Shown here piece after piece: positions 1-12,600 of a DNA stretch of 64,000 nt. Source of the stretch: Amoebophrya sp. A120 (taxonomy: Eukaryota > Protista > Dinoflagellata); assembly GCA_905178155.1 (NCBI GenBank), contig CAJINV010000013.1, forward strand, positions 2,360,281 to 2,424,280. The letters run 5' to 3'. A model generated the notes under the pieces. It was given only the letters and a program-made list of their open reading frames with translations, was not told where the DNA came from and made no database searches. The position numbers and the translations under genes are program-made. The stretch's first letter is position 1; each line of letters opens with the position of its first letter.

Positions 1-382
1 GGCGGCTCTGCAAATGCGGAGCTCCGCGGGCCGATTCTCTGAAAACGCATAAGGAAGGGTGCGGGAAACAGATCGGCAAAAGGTGTCTGAAAGGGACACG
101 CCGTTGGGTCGTCCGCCATCGTGATAGGATCACCGTGTCTGATCAACAGGCCCCCAGTATATTTTTTAGCGCGCAACCGGCCACAGAAGTAAGAACCGAG
201 CAAGTTTGTAAGACTACCCCATCAAGGCAAAACTGGAGCTCCAGCTTGCTCGCGGGCTTGGATGGTAAGGCAGGGCAGCCACACATAGCGCCCACTGGTT
301 GCAGCCATGCGTAAGCAATCGATAGCGGTTTTGCAGGTGCGGCCGGGTGGTAGTTAGGAAGTGGACCGGGTCTCCACCTAGG

Positions 383-452
383 GGTATCGGCAGAGGCTAA
401 ATCTGTTCTAACGCCCAGGTATTGGCAGAGGCTAAATCTGTTCTAACGCCCA
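383..452. repeat. 35-bp tandem duplication
   Basis: GGTAT(C/T)GGCAGAGGCTAAATCTGTTCTAACGCCCA at 383-417 and 418-452, one mismatch. Confidence 0.95.
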
Positions 453-471
453 CCCGCCAGGAGTTAAATGG

Positions 472-495
472 TACTACTACTACTACTACTACTAC
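472..495. repeat. (TAC)8 microsatellite
   Basis: Read directly from the sequence. Confidence 0.95.
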
Positions 496-496
496 T

Positions 497-609
497 GGAG
501 ACAAAATTCGGGCGCCTGTTGCTGACTACGCAATACAGATTTTTGCCTGTTCCAGAATCCGCATCACAAGTTCGCATCCTTCCAGACCCAGACATTTTTA
601 CATTTGATA
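497..609. mobile_element. Right arm of family-A TIR intron (partial)
   Basis: Ends CTTCCAGACCCAGACATTTTTACATTTGATA; the interior aligns by eye with 3361-3469. Confidence 0.85.
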
Positions 610-614
610 GAGGG

Positions 615-3600
615 TGGACATGGTCCAGGAAGCGGTCCACGATCTGCTTTACACGCCCTACAGACAGTACGAAAACAATTTTGCGGGCGAGGCGATCATT
701 TTCAACGCGACCCTGCTCGCGGAAAACACGATGACCAAGGGCCAGTTTGACTACATCGGGTCCTACTCCTGCAACCGGATTTTGCCGATTGACCGGGAAG
801 TCGGGAAGTTCTACCAGGGGCTCACGCACAGCTTGCCGAGGCTGAAGTTACGGCCGTTTTCGATGGTGGGTGTGGTGAACTCAGTTGTTTCATCGGGGAT
901 GATGAACAAGGGAAAGTCTTCCTATGTCGAGGGAATTGTCGAGGAAAAAACGATCAACGTGACGCAAGTGTCGAAAAGGTTTTCCCTGTACGATCTCGGC
1001 TTTCATTTCTACTACAAGGGGGAGGAGTACGGCGACATCGCCCCCTTGCCGGAGTTAGAACTGATGTCTTATTTCGTGGCCGTGGAGCTCAAGGTCGACA
1101 TCGGGCGGTTGTTTTTGACCAACAAGTTGATCATCGGGGGCTTGAAGATCGTCACGCAGGACCCGCTCGGGAAGTCGTTGAAGGTGCTCATCCGACTGGA
1201 CAAAATCCCGGTGTTCGCTGATTTCATCGAGTACAGGGTCGACTCTTACGAAGTGATGAAGTCCACCTACAAGGACAGCTTCCGGCTCCGGGGCCGCTTC
1301 GCGAACCTGCAGGCGGAACCCGCCCGCGACAGTTTTGAATCGCTGGAGCTGCCGAAGTTTCAGTATCCAAGAAAAAAACGATGTTAGTGTAACTGTCTTT
1401 GGCTGACAGCATCACAAGTATGCTCTACATGACAGAGAAAACCTGTCATGCGTGGGTCGTAAGGGAAAACACACACGAAAAGAGGACTTCATGGTCGTCT
1501 GGCATGACAGGTGTAACTCTGTTGCATGTTCTGCATCACAGAGTTACACTTACACAGTTTTTTGCTTGCATATCCAGATCTCCGTGTTCATCAACACGGA
1601 CGCCGCCGAGGACGCGAACGTGCGACAGGTTATGGACAGCAACAATGGCGGGAGTTACGAGTCCTGGCGGCAACGGGACTTGAAGAAAACCACGGAAATT
1701 ATCCGCAAAGTCTACAACATCGACGTCTACCCGGACTTCACGCCGCCCGCGATCTTCTTCGAAAAACCGCTCTCCGCGGCGTTTGCGAGGAACGAGAATG
1801 ACGCGAGCTTCATCACGACGACGGCAAAGGATAAGCACACCATCGACGATTTCTACTTCCGGGTGGCGCAGAGGACGGACGTGGGGATGACAATCAAATT
1901 GAAATCCGAGGACGGGCAGGAGGACCGCGTGTACCGGGCGCGAGTCGGGGTGCCCTACGGCGGGAAACTGCGGTTTCCCAACGCGGACCAGGTTTTCAGG
2001 GACGGGGGGATTCAAGAAATGGCGCCGGGGACGAACGGATCGGTTTACGTGAACGGCACGTTGCAGGAACTTTCGAACTGCACCCGGCCCACGGAACTGG
2101 CGGCGGTGAGCAACAAGACCGCGATTCCGTACGTCTGCGGTGTGGGGGACGTGTACGCGGCCACGCAGGGACGGCGGGCGCGGAACCCGGTCACGGGGGA
2201 AGATTTGGGCTACAGCGAGTACAGCGCGCGGTTCATCCAGCAGGACCCCATGAACGGGAATTACTTCACGATCACCGCGGAGCTAGTGAAGGTGAAAGCA
2301 GTGCTGGAGAGGGTCGTTTTCACCCCGGACCCGGATTTCGTCGGTATCGGCTACTTCGACGTGCAGGCGCAGGTGTTCGACAACCACTTGTCCCTGAACG
2401 GCCGCGGCGGGCCGATGAACTACGGGAAGCAGGCTTTTGTAGTCGAGCGGGACGAGTATTTAGCGGACAAGTGTAAGGTGACCATCGACGAGATTTACAC
2501 GAAGACTTCCGGTGCGTCCAGTGAAATCGAGTGGGACTTCGGCGGGGAGTCGCCGAAGCAGCGCTCGACGTTCCACGCCACCGTGTGGGGGAAGTGGAAA
2601 ATGAAAAACCCGAAAATCCAGGTCTTCACGCCCAGCCAAAGGCCGTCAAACGTGAAGTACAACGTGTCGGACTTGAACTACGCGGAGACGGACGATTCTT
2701 TCCTGGACATCCCAACCCCCTCGGTCGAGACGAACCCGCCGCACCACTTCCTGGATTTTTCCGAGTCCGGCGATCGGTTCTCCATCGACTGCGGGAAGAT
2801 CACCGTGGAAATCGCGTTGAATGGGAAGCTATGCATTGCAAATAGGTCTGGGTCTGGAACATTGGAACTTGTAATGCTGGTGCTACATTCCTGTAAAATC
2901 GGTATTGCATGACTAGCAAAAGAGGCCCTCTTTTGTCATACAAGACCGCAGTTTCTCATGTGGACTGCGCATGAGAAAGTGTTCGGAAAACTTCCCAATG
3001 CTTGGCTGCATTGGGAAGTCTTTCAGTCATTCACACTTCAGCATCACAACCTTTGAGACACAGACATATCTGCATTTGATAAAAGCCGATGAACATCAAG
3101 GAAGTGTCGATCGGCGGCGTGACGCACTACCGGGAGCGGATCGTGCCCGTGAACAAGACCGAGTACCCGCGGGACGACCTGATCGACTGGAAAACGTATG
3201 GATTGCAAAAATGTCTGGGTCTGGAAGAATGCAGGAGTTTGCCATGCAGATTTTGCATGACCCATGAGGTCTGTGATGCATGACATAGCATGACAGATTC
3301 TGCGGGACTTTTCTAATGCCTGTCCTGCATGAGAAATGCCCTCTCCGTCTCCGCGACGTAGCACAAATTACACCTCTTTTGCTGTTCGTGCAATACAGTT
3401 GTTATGTAGATTCCAAAAATAGCATCACAAGTTGTATCCTTCCAGACCCAGACATTTTTACATTTGATAAAACGGCCATCGACAAGGGGGACCAGGTGAA
3501 CGCGAAGTTTTCGCACACCACCATCGGCTACCCGCACTACGAGGCGACCCTGGGCGAGGTGAAGTACGGGGAGAAAAAGTACAAGGAGTACAGCGAGTCC

Positions 3601-6600
3601 GACAAGATTTTGAGCGTTCTCGGGAAGGGGCGACTTTTCTTCGACGCGGGGGAGTCGTACGAATCGGACGCGGACAAGGAAAACATGAATATCGCCAGAA
3701 AAAACTGCTTCACTGTAAATTTGTAATGCAGAAAATGTATTTCACTTTCACAAGTGTTTGTCTTGCTTCACATGCAAGACAGTGGATTTTTAGCTATGTT
3801 TTCCCTTAGGAACCTTGCATGGCAAATTTTCTCTATCATGTAGACCAAACTTGTGATGCAAAACCTGCAAAATCCTTACAGTGAAACACTCTTTTCGTAC
3901 GATAATGAATTGGGACGTGGTTCTGGACCAATCCTTTACCTCGGATGGTACGATGTTGCTGTTGCACGGCTTCCCGCACGAGGTCAACAAAGCCCTCTCC
4001 CACTTGTCGTACGCATACACGCCGACCGACCCAGAGATGATCGAGCGGGAGGACCATCCGATGTTCGAGCACGAGATGTGGGTGAACGTCTTCGGCCCGT
4101 ACGAGTCGTTTTCGAGCTTGAAAAAGACGATTCAAGTGCATCCAAGAATCAGTCCGAAAAAAACTCCGTTGGCAGACAAGTACTTCGAGGGCTACGCGGA
4201 AGTGGTGTCGGAACGGATTCAGGAGCAGGACAATCTGAGTTCGCCGTATGTGAAACTTCTGTGGAAAAGCCTGTTCGGCGCCGTCGAAGCGAAGGAGGAC
4301 ACAATGACGAAACTCCCGTGCATCGGGGTGAAATACCGGCTTCCCTACAAGAAGGAAGTCGGCCGGTACTTCACGGGGTTGACTGCGGATACGAGTAAGC
4401 ACGGCGACGAAACCACGGCGGTCCGGTACGACTTTGACGACGATATGGCGCACGACTACGACAACATCACCTTAACCGTGTCCGTTTCCGCGGGGAATCT
4501 CACTTTCTACGGGGACAGTATTGAGGAAACGTCCGCTCTGCTGAAGTTCTACCGGCAGAACGTAACCGACTACGCGCGACTGCAGGACTCCACTGCGCTG
4601 GAAATTGAAAGATTGAGAGATCTCCTGCGTCAGTTTCAAAAGCGCACCAGCTTCTTCCCCGCCGCAAAGCCCTTCAACTGCGATATCCTCACGGAGGACT
4701 GTCAGTCCTTCGATATCGTGATAAAACCCACCGCTTTCGATCCAGAATCGACGGGCATTTTCGACTTTTGCGGCCTCTACTACGTCCCGATCCCGGACCA
4801 AAATGTTTTCTTAAACGACATTGTGATGCTGGACGTGTCCGCCCGGATGACGAACGGGACGCAGTTCTACGATCCAAAATCTGACCCGGAGCAGCGAATT
4901 ATTTACCGCGATCATTTAACCCCGGCGATCCCGATCTCGCTCTTGCCGGTCCCCGACCCGATCGATTTGCAGTTCAAAAAAGGCGCTTTCCCCGTGGTGT
5001 ACCAGGGGGAGGAATTTCCTCTCGCGGATTTGGTGAAAATCGTGGACAAGGACCGGAGTTACCTCTACCGCCAACCGGAGACTTTACACGCCCCAATCCC
5101 CTACATTTTCCGGTTGACGCTCGCGGGGGAAAGGTCCCGGTTTGTGCAGCCGTTACCGGGGGACTGCATCAGCAACCCGGACAACATCAAAAATCCGGAC
5201 ATGGACGCGCACAACCCGAAGATCCCGCAGCCGAGCTTCTCCGAGGCGCTGGAAATGTACGGGTTGCAGAGTTTGAACCTAACTTTACCAATAGAAGACG
5301 CGATCCGATGCTTCGACCAGTTGCGAATCAAAATTCCGGACGACGCGGCGAGTTCGCTGCTCCCTGTGATCGACGCGGCGGACGAGCTGGCTTTGGAGAA
5401 TCCGCCCGTGGTGCTGCATTCCATCCCGGTAAACTTGACGGAGCAAATCGGGATCTTCAACCTAGTCGTCGACATCCACTTCGACAAGGAGATTTTCTAC
5501 GACGACAAAGCGAGCAAGGCCGAGGGCGAGAACTGGATCCGGGATGGGAACATCATCGAAACGGAATTAGCGAAGGAGTTTCAAACGCCCTACGTGATCT
5601 TCATCGACTGCGGGCCGGATGGAACTTGTGAAAGGGACGGGGGGTACGGCGACAATGTCGAGTACTTCATTTACCTGGATGACAACCTCCAGGTGCAGTT
5701 TTTGTCCAATGTGCTCAGGATCAAACCGGGCTCCGGGTCCGGCGCGGCCTCTTCCTACACGGGGAATGGGATCAAGCTGGAGGGCAACCGGCAGTACGCG
5801 GTGCACGTGATGGAGGGGATTCGGGACGCGTACTTCAACAAGTACAATTCTCTCTACATCGTCACCTTCAAGACCGGCCCGGAACCGGTTTTACCGACAG
5901 CTTGGCGGGTTTCCGGGTTGACCGAGGGCCGGTGGAACACGAACCCGTTCTGGATGCCGCAAGAGATCAACCTGACCAATTCTTCCTTCACGAAATCGGC
6001 CGAGGGCTGGCGCGTCGCCGAGCTGAAGATGTACACGGAGCCGGGGTGCCAGGCGGTGAACTTGATCACCGGTACGCCCATCGGCTCCGGCGCGGAGGAC
6101 ATGATCAGCAATGCGTACTTTGCGTTCGATAACGACGTGAACACGTACTGGACCTACAACCCGAATTTGACGCGGACGGACTTGGATCTGTTAGAGGATT
6201 ACTACCAGAACATCAGCTACAGTGGCATCACGGAGGTGGAGCGCATGCTCACCTGTACGAACCGCTACAACGGGGAGATCGCCTGCGACCGCCCGGCGCA
6301 GTACTTTGTCGGGTTGTTTCTCGGGGAGAACCGCGGGGAGAACGTGCTGTCCTTCCAAGTGATCCCGAGCTCTGCCAACCACACGCCGCAAAACGTGTCT
6401 CTCGAGTTCTACTACGAGCAGTCATGGCACCGGTTGCGGATAATCAACGTGAACCTGACCCACACCGATGATTGCTACGATGTCCCGCTAAACTACTCCA
6501 CGTCCGACCTGTTCGCAACCCCGGCGTTTTACGACGCATCCGCGCCGATTGTCGTGAAAACGCACCCGCCCGTGAACAAGTTTCCGGACCCCGCGCCGGA

Positions 6601-9600
6601 CGAGGCGGTCAACAGCATTCCGCCGAAAGGGTCGGTTTTGCTCGAGTTTGACGAGGATATTTTCTACAACACAAACACCACCTTTATGGAATCCGCCCTG
6701 GGTCGCGCCGCGCCCGAGCGGGGACTGCAGGCCGTGTACGGCATTGCGGACAAGCGGGGGCAGATCGCCGGGACGGGCGGCTACTTAGCACGCCCGATCG
6801 CCGTCTACTACCGGTCCGGGCAGGTGCCGTGCTTTTCCCCGGATGATTTCGTGTTCATCATCGACCCAAAGTACTACCCCGGAATTAAAATTCTCGGCAA
6901 CAAACTCATCTTCCACGCGGTCGACGGCGTTTTCGACTGGCCTTTGGGATTCCGCATGTGCCTGCACTTCCCCTACGGGGTCTTGCGTGACGCGGCCGGG
7001 AATTACTTCCCCGATGACCCGGAGGGGTACACGATGGTGTTCCACTCGATTCCGACCAACACGAGGCCTTTTGGAGATCAAATCGAGCCGGTTGTGTTAG
7101 CCACGTCCTTCCCGATTGGCGGGGTGATCCAGGACCAGCCGTTGAACCCGCACCTGCAATTCTGGTGGTCGGAACCCTTGTATGACAGTGCACAGCTCTC
7201 CCTCATCGGTGTTTGTATTGCATGAAGAGCAATACAAACACCAGCACACGTGGAGCCTGTGCATGGCAAAGTCACGCGCTTAGAGTAAGTAGTACCATTT
7301 GGGTTTCCGGAACCTGTCATGCAAACAGTGGCGCAGGACAGCACTTGGGTTTCGCCTTTTGCATGGCAAATGAGGGGGAGTCGTGCACGCTCATACCTTG
7401 CGGGTTTTGATGACGGCGGAAAACATCACGATCATCGGAACTGACGGACACTACGCGGGGGTGCCCATTCTGGACACGAACCAGGTCACGATCACCGACT
7501 ACGGGCTGATTTCCATTGACTTCAAGTATTTCATGCTCAACCCGGGCGTGCAGTACAACATTTCCTTTCCCGCGGGCATGTTCGAGGACACCTGGCACCA
7601 GGACACGCGGAAGAAAAACCCGGAGCAGCTCATCCAGGTCACCATGGGCATGGTGAACCCGATTGTGGGGGAGAGACGGGTGAACCGATTGGAGTCTCTG
7701 GAGAACTCCGAGGAGAGATTCGTGGAAAAATTTTTGCTCGCCCACGGCCCGGAGCAGAAGTTCCCGAGAATTGAGACGCTCAACCAGACATATTTACGGA
7801 CGTACTTGGAGAGTCTGTTCGGCGCGGACACGTTCAATTACAACAATTCGTACCTGTTCAACCAGTCGGAGGCAAACATGATTTTGGACAACGACCGGGT
7901 CCGGGAGGCGGAGGCGTTGACGAGTGAACTGTACAGCTTGAAGATCGGGGTGGAGTACACCGAAAACCCACGGCTGTTTTCCACAAAATACAGCGAAGAA
8001 ACCGGGAGGGAAGTTTCCCTAATCGAAAACACGCCCACACAGGAGGCGAAGTTCATCGTGAAGAAGTCCAACGCGCAGCCGGTGTTGCGCGTCGCGAACG
8101 AAACGTTGCGGTACGTGTTTGCGAACGAGTCCGTGATGGTTTCTGACGTGTATTTGGAGGACGATGATTTCACGGAACTCGAGTTGAACATCACGATTCG
8201 GGAGGGCACATTAGCAATCCTCCCCACCGCGTGGTACGAGTTTGGGCCGGTGTACCGCCGCAGGTTGAACCCGCGGAAGTTGCGGCGGAGCTCTGTGCTG
8301 GACCTGAGTTACTCGGCGGTGACGTACACGATCACCGGCAGCAGCGCGCAGCTGAACGCGGCACTTTCGAACATGACCTTTTTCATTGACCCAGATGACA
8401 ACGCGGATAGCTGGAACCGGAAGCCGATCCAGGACATTCCCATGCAATTTGTCTTGAAGGACGGGGACGACCACGTGGCGGAGACCACGATTCTGTACGT
8501 GGTGTCGGCCATCCAGGCGGGCAGGTTGAAACTCTCCGTCAACGGCATCTCCTCCGACATGCCGGCGGGCTCCGACTTGACGCAAACCCCGCAAATTGCG
8601 ACCGCGGCGGCGTTCCAGCAACTCGGCCCGATTTGCAACTTCAAGGCGGAGCGCGGGGGGGACACGTTTTATCGCGGGATCGAGTACACCGTGGAGTTGT
8701 CGTCGTCTGTCTGCACCGAATTCAAATTGCGCAACGCCGTGCAGACGCTGGAATCACTGTCCACGAGTCTGTCCTCCGTCCCGGTCGTGTTAGACGCGGA
8801 CTTCAACGCCTTGAACAAGGGGAATGTGGAGGCCGCGATGCGGTTAGTGGAGGAGTCGACCGCCTTGCCGAACCAGGAGAACCAGCCGCTGCCGGGTGGT
8901 GAAGTGTTCCGCATCAAAGTCCCGTCGATCGCGGCGCTGAACCGCGTTTTGCGGCAGGAAATCATGGTGAAGCCCTGTCGCTGCAACACCCGGTCGTGTC
9001 CGCAGAAAATTTTTTTGTCCGTGAAGAACGTGATCATCAGGAAGGGGAAGTCGCTCTTCGACCAGCTGAATTCAGTAGAAAAGGAATTCGAATCCGTCCA
9101 ACTGGAATGCGACTTCATCGCTCGGCTAGAGCCCACTCTCGCCGTCCGCACAAGCAAGATGCTGGCCATTGAGTCCGGACAGACGTTAGACATCAGCAAG
9201 TCCTTCGTCTTCGACGGCATCGCGACGGTTGAGACGGACGCGAAGGAATTGTCTCTGAATGTCACGTGCCACGAGGGAACTTTCCAGGGCCAGACGTACT
9301 ACACCGGATCCAGTATTGCGGATATTTTCGAGCAATTCTTTTCCGACGGAACCCTCTACGTCCCGCCGGCGAATTTGCAGACCCCGATGCTGGACAAACT
9401 GAATTTGACGTTCTACTCGCCCTTTTTCGGTCCGGATTTGGATTCCATGGTGCAGGAAAACCGCACCTACAACGCGTCCGACAGCTCGACGTCCAACCCG
9501 ATTCTGAAGCAGGACCCGAATTTGTTTATGAGAAGTTTCGTCTACGAGGTGGAGATTGACCCGATGACGGTGGTGGCGGGCGCGGTGCGGTCGAATTTGG

Positions 9601-12600
9601 TTGATGTCCGATTTAACCCGAGTTCGCTGGTGACAAGGGTCCGAGGCGACCAGACAAGCGGGAACAACGGGAATGGAGCATCAAGCAGCACCACGAGTTC
9701 GGCTTCGGGGCAGCAGACGTCCAGCACCCAGAAGGCGGGGTCGCTCGCGGCGTTTTCGATCTTACTGTACAACTTCGACGTCCCCGAGGCGGAAGTGGTG
9801 ATTTCCGCCGGGCCCCCCGGGACGAAGATTTATTTTCCGAACCTGTTTCACATGCGCGCGGACAACATCGTGGAAACCAACGAGACCGATACGGCGTACG
9901 ACAGCGCGGTGCAAATGTCGGAGTACGAGCGAACCACCTACGCCTCCGCGCACTGGCCGGCGGCTAAAGTGCGGCGGATTTCCGTTCCGGGGGTGGACGA
10001 CGACAACTTTTCCTCGAACAGCAAAGACGCGACGGTGTACGATGACCGAGTGGTGAACGACGAGACTCTCCACTCGTACCGCGAAGTCATTCTCCGCGGG
10101 CCGGTGTTGGAGTTGAAACGAGCACTGCATTACGTGCTGTTCGATCCGCCCACACATGTGAAGACGCAGCAGGAGATCGCGATCACGGTGGACATTTTTG
10201 AAATTGAAGAAAAACTCCCCTTCATCGCGGAACTGTACACGCAACGAGGCGGGGACAACTTCAAGATCGGCGCGGGCGTGTACCCCGTGACCGTCTTACC
10301 GGCCTCCGAGCCCCCCAAGCCGTGGTGCAGCATCGAGGGGCCGACGACGGTGTACCTGGCGGAGGATGATTTGGACGGGATGTTCGGCGCGACGCCGTTT
10401 TCCATGAACGGGTTGTACAAACCAATAGATATCGATTCTCTCACCCGGTCAGACAACGAGGTGCAGTACACGGCGGAACTGCTCGCGATGTTTTCGGAGC
10501 GAAACCGCCGGTTCCCGTCTGGGATTTTCAGCCTGGAGCGGCTGGACACGGTAGACGAGGTTTTTTACGACCAAATCCTGGACGCGAAAAAGATCAAGGC
10601 GTACGTGAAGGCGAAATTTGGCGTGCTGTACCCGGAATCCACGTCCCGGTCGTTTTTCGCGGGGAGAAATCTCAAAGCGTACTGCGAGCAGGCGTCGAAG
10701 ATGAACGGGGCGACCAACAACGGGAATGACTTGCGGCGGGGGAACGGGATCGCGAACACGCAGCTGACCGGCCTCGGGAGCACCCGGGTGAACCCGGAGG
10801 ACGTGTGTTTGGACAAAAATTTGCAACTTTCCGAAATGAACAGCGTTTGGGAGTTGTCCGGGACCCGGGAAGAAGTGTCCCACGCGCTGTCGAAACTGAC
10901 TTACGAGAATTACGCGAATTTGGAAAGAGGGGACTTCATCGAAATCCAGGCGGACTGTTTATACGCGAAACAGGTGGTCCATGTGGTGTTACGGTCCGGC
11001 CGCTCGCCGTACCGAGACGTGGAGCTGGATATGGAAGTGTCAGAATCAAAATTGACAAAATCAAAAATATTTGTGATGCACAAAATCGATGCCAGTTGGG
11101 GCCTCAGTTTCCAAGCGGCGCATGACAAGGTTCGGGAGCACCAGAATCCAGCCTTTTATGCTGGCTGGGCAAAGAAGACTGCTCCTGTCATGCTACTCTG
11201 GCAGCGCGTCTTCTGCCCCTGAAAAGGCTTGCAATCGGTCTCATTTGCCTGCTCCCCAACACAGGCCATACGCGCCCTACATTTTATGCATCACAAATGT
11301 TTCGACTTTGTCGATTTCGGTCCACCTGACACTCCCATACTGGAAGTCAGTAGGGACGCGGATGACGACAGCATCCGGGTGTCCAACGGTATGAGGGTGC
11401 ACAACTCCCCCTCCCTCTCATTTGTCATGCAAAACCCCAAATCCAAGTGCTTCCCTGTGGCACTGTTTGCATGACAGATTCGGGAAGCCCAAACAATACT
11501 ACACGAGACGCATGAATTTGTCATGCACAGGCTCCACGTGTGCTGGTGTCTGTATAGCTGTTCGTGCACTTCTACGAATGAGGGGGAGGGGGCGTTGTGC
11601 ACTCCCATAAACGGGGTTTACCAGGCATTACCCAGCATCGACGTGGTTCTGAGGAATCAACTGTACTCTGCGGAGATGGATGCCGCCGACGACACCTATA
11701 GCATCCCCCGGACGATTCCGATCATGGACCGGGAGCGGCCGCAGGCGTATTTTGAGGTGGAGTTGTCAGCAAGCTGCGGGTACGTCAGGTTAAACAGCAA
11801 CCGGATGCGGGGGATTTATTATCACGAGAATTCGCTCGAGTCAGGGTTAGGGATTCCGTTGAACGAGACAAGTTTGGTTAAGTTCACGGCACCTTTGGAA
11901 AAAGTCGTCCGCGCACTGAAGTACCAGCATTTGGAGTACACCTTGCCGTACAGATCGCGGTGCTTGCAGCAGAAGGTGCTTGCAACCTCCTCTGTGTTGT
12001 CCGATTTGAAAACGGCGGAGCAAAACCAGCAGGAGGTCGTGGAAAGAGAGCGGATCGCGAAGCAGCCGAGAGAGAAGATCCTCGGGGAGGAGACGCTGGG
12101 GAAGTTTATGCAACTGTCTTTGCGGATTCGGGACCTCCGGTATCAAGACGTGATTTTCTACGCGCCGGCGCTGAAAATCCCGATCCGGCGAAACACCGCG
12201 CCGAATTCCGCCGGGTTCTTCGGGTGCCACGCTTTCATCGACTCGTTGCTCTTTTACAAAAAGGTGCAGTACAAAGAACCCGTTTTGCTCTCCTCGCTGT
12301 TCTACGTTCTCGACGATAGTATTGCCTCCGACGCGAACCTGCAGTCCATGACGTTGGAACTGAGCACCACGTCTGGCGCGTTGTTCCGCTCCTTCGGCGC
12401 GTTGCCCGAGGACTTTGACTGGCGGGGGTTCGGGTTCGACGAAAATTTCTTCACGCAGAAGGCACAAATGAAGGAGAAGTATTCCGAGTACGGCGGGGAG
12501 AACGTGTTCGGGAATTACCAGCCGAAGTTAAATCCCTACGTGGACGACAGCCGGAACGGAAGAGACGAAATCCCCTACTACGAACTGTTCAAGGAGCTAC

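Larger units (their letters stand above)
1..496 (+). mobile_element. Foreign segment nested in a family-A TIR intron; possible 3' end of a non-LTR retroelement with a (TAC)8 tail
   Basis: GC-rich sequence unrelated to family A ends in (TAC)8 at 472-495, and the family-A arm resumes immediately after it. The 5' end lies outside the window. Confidence 0.45.
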
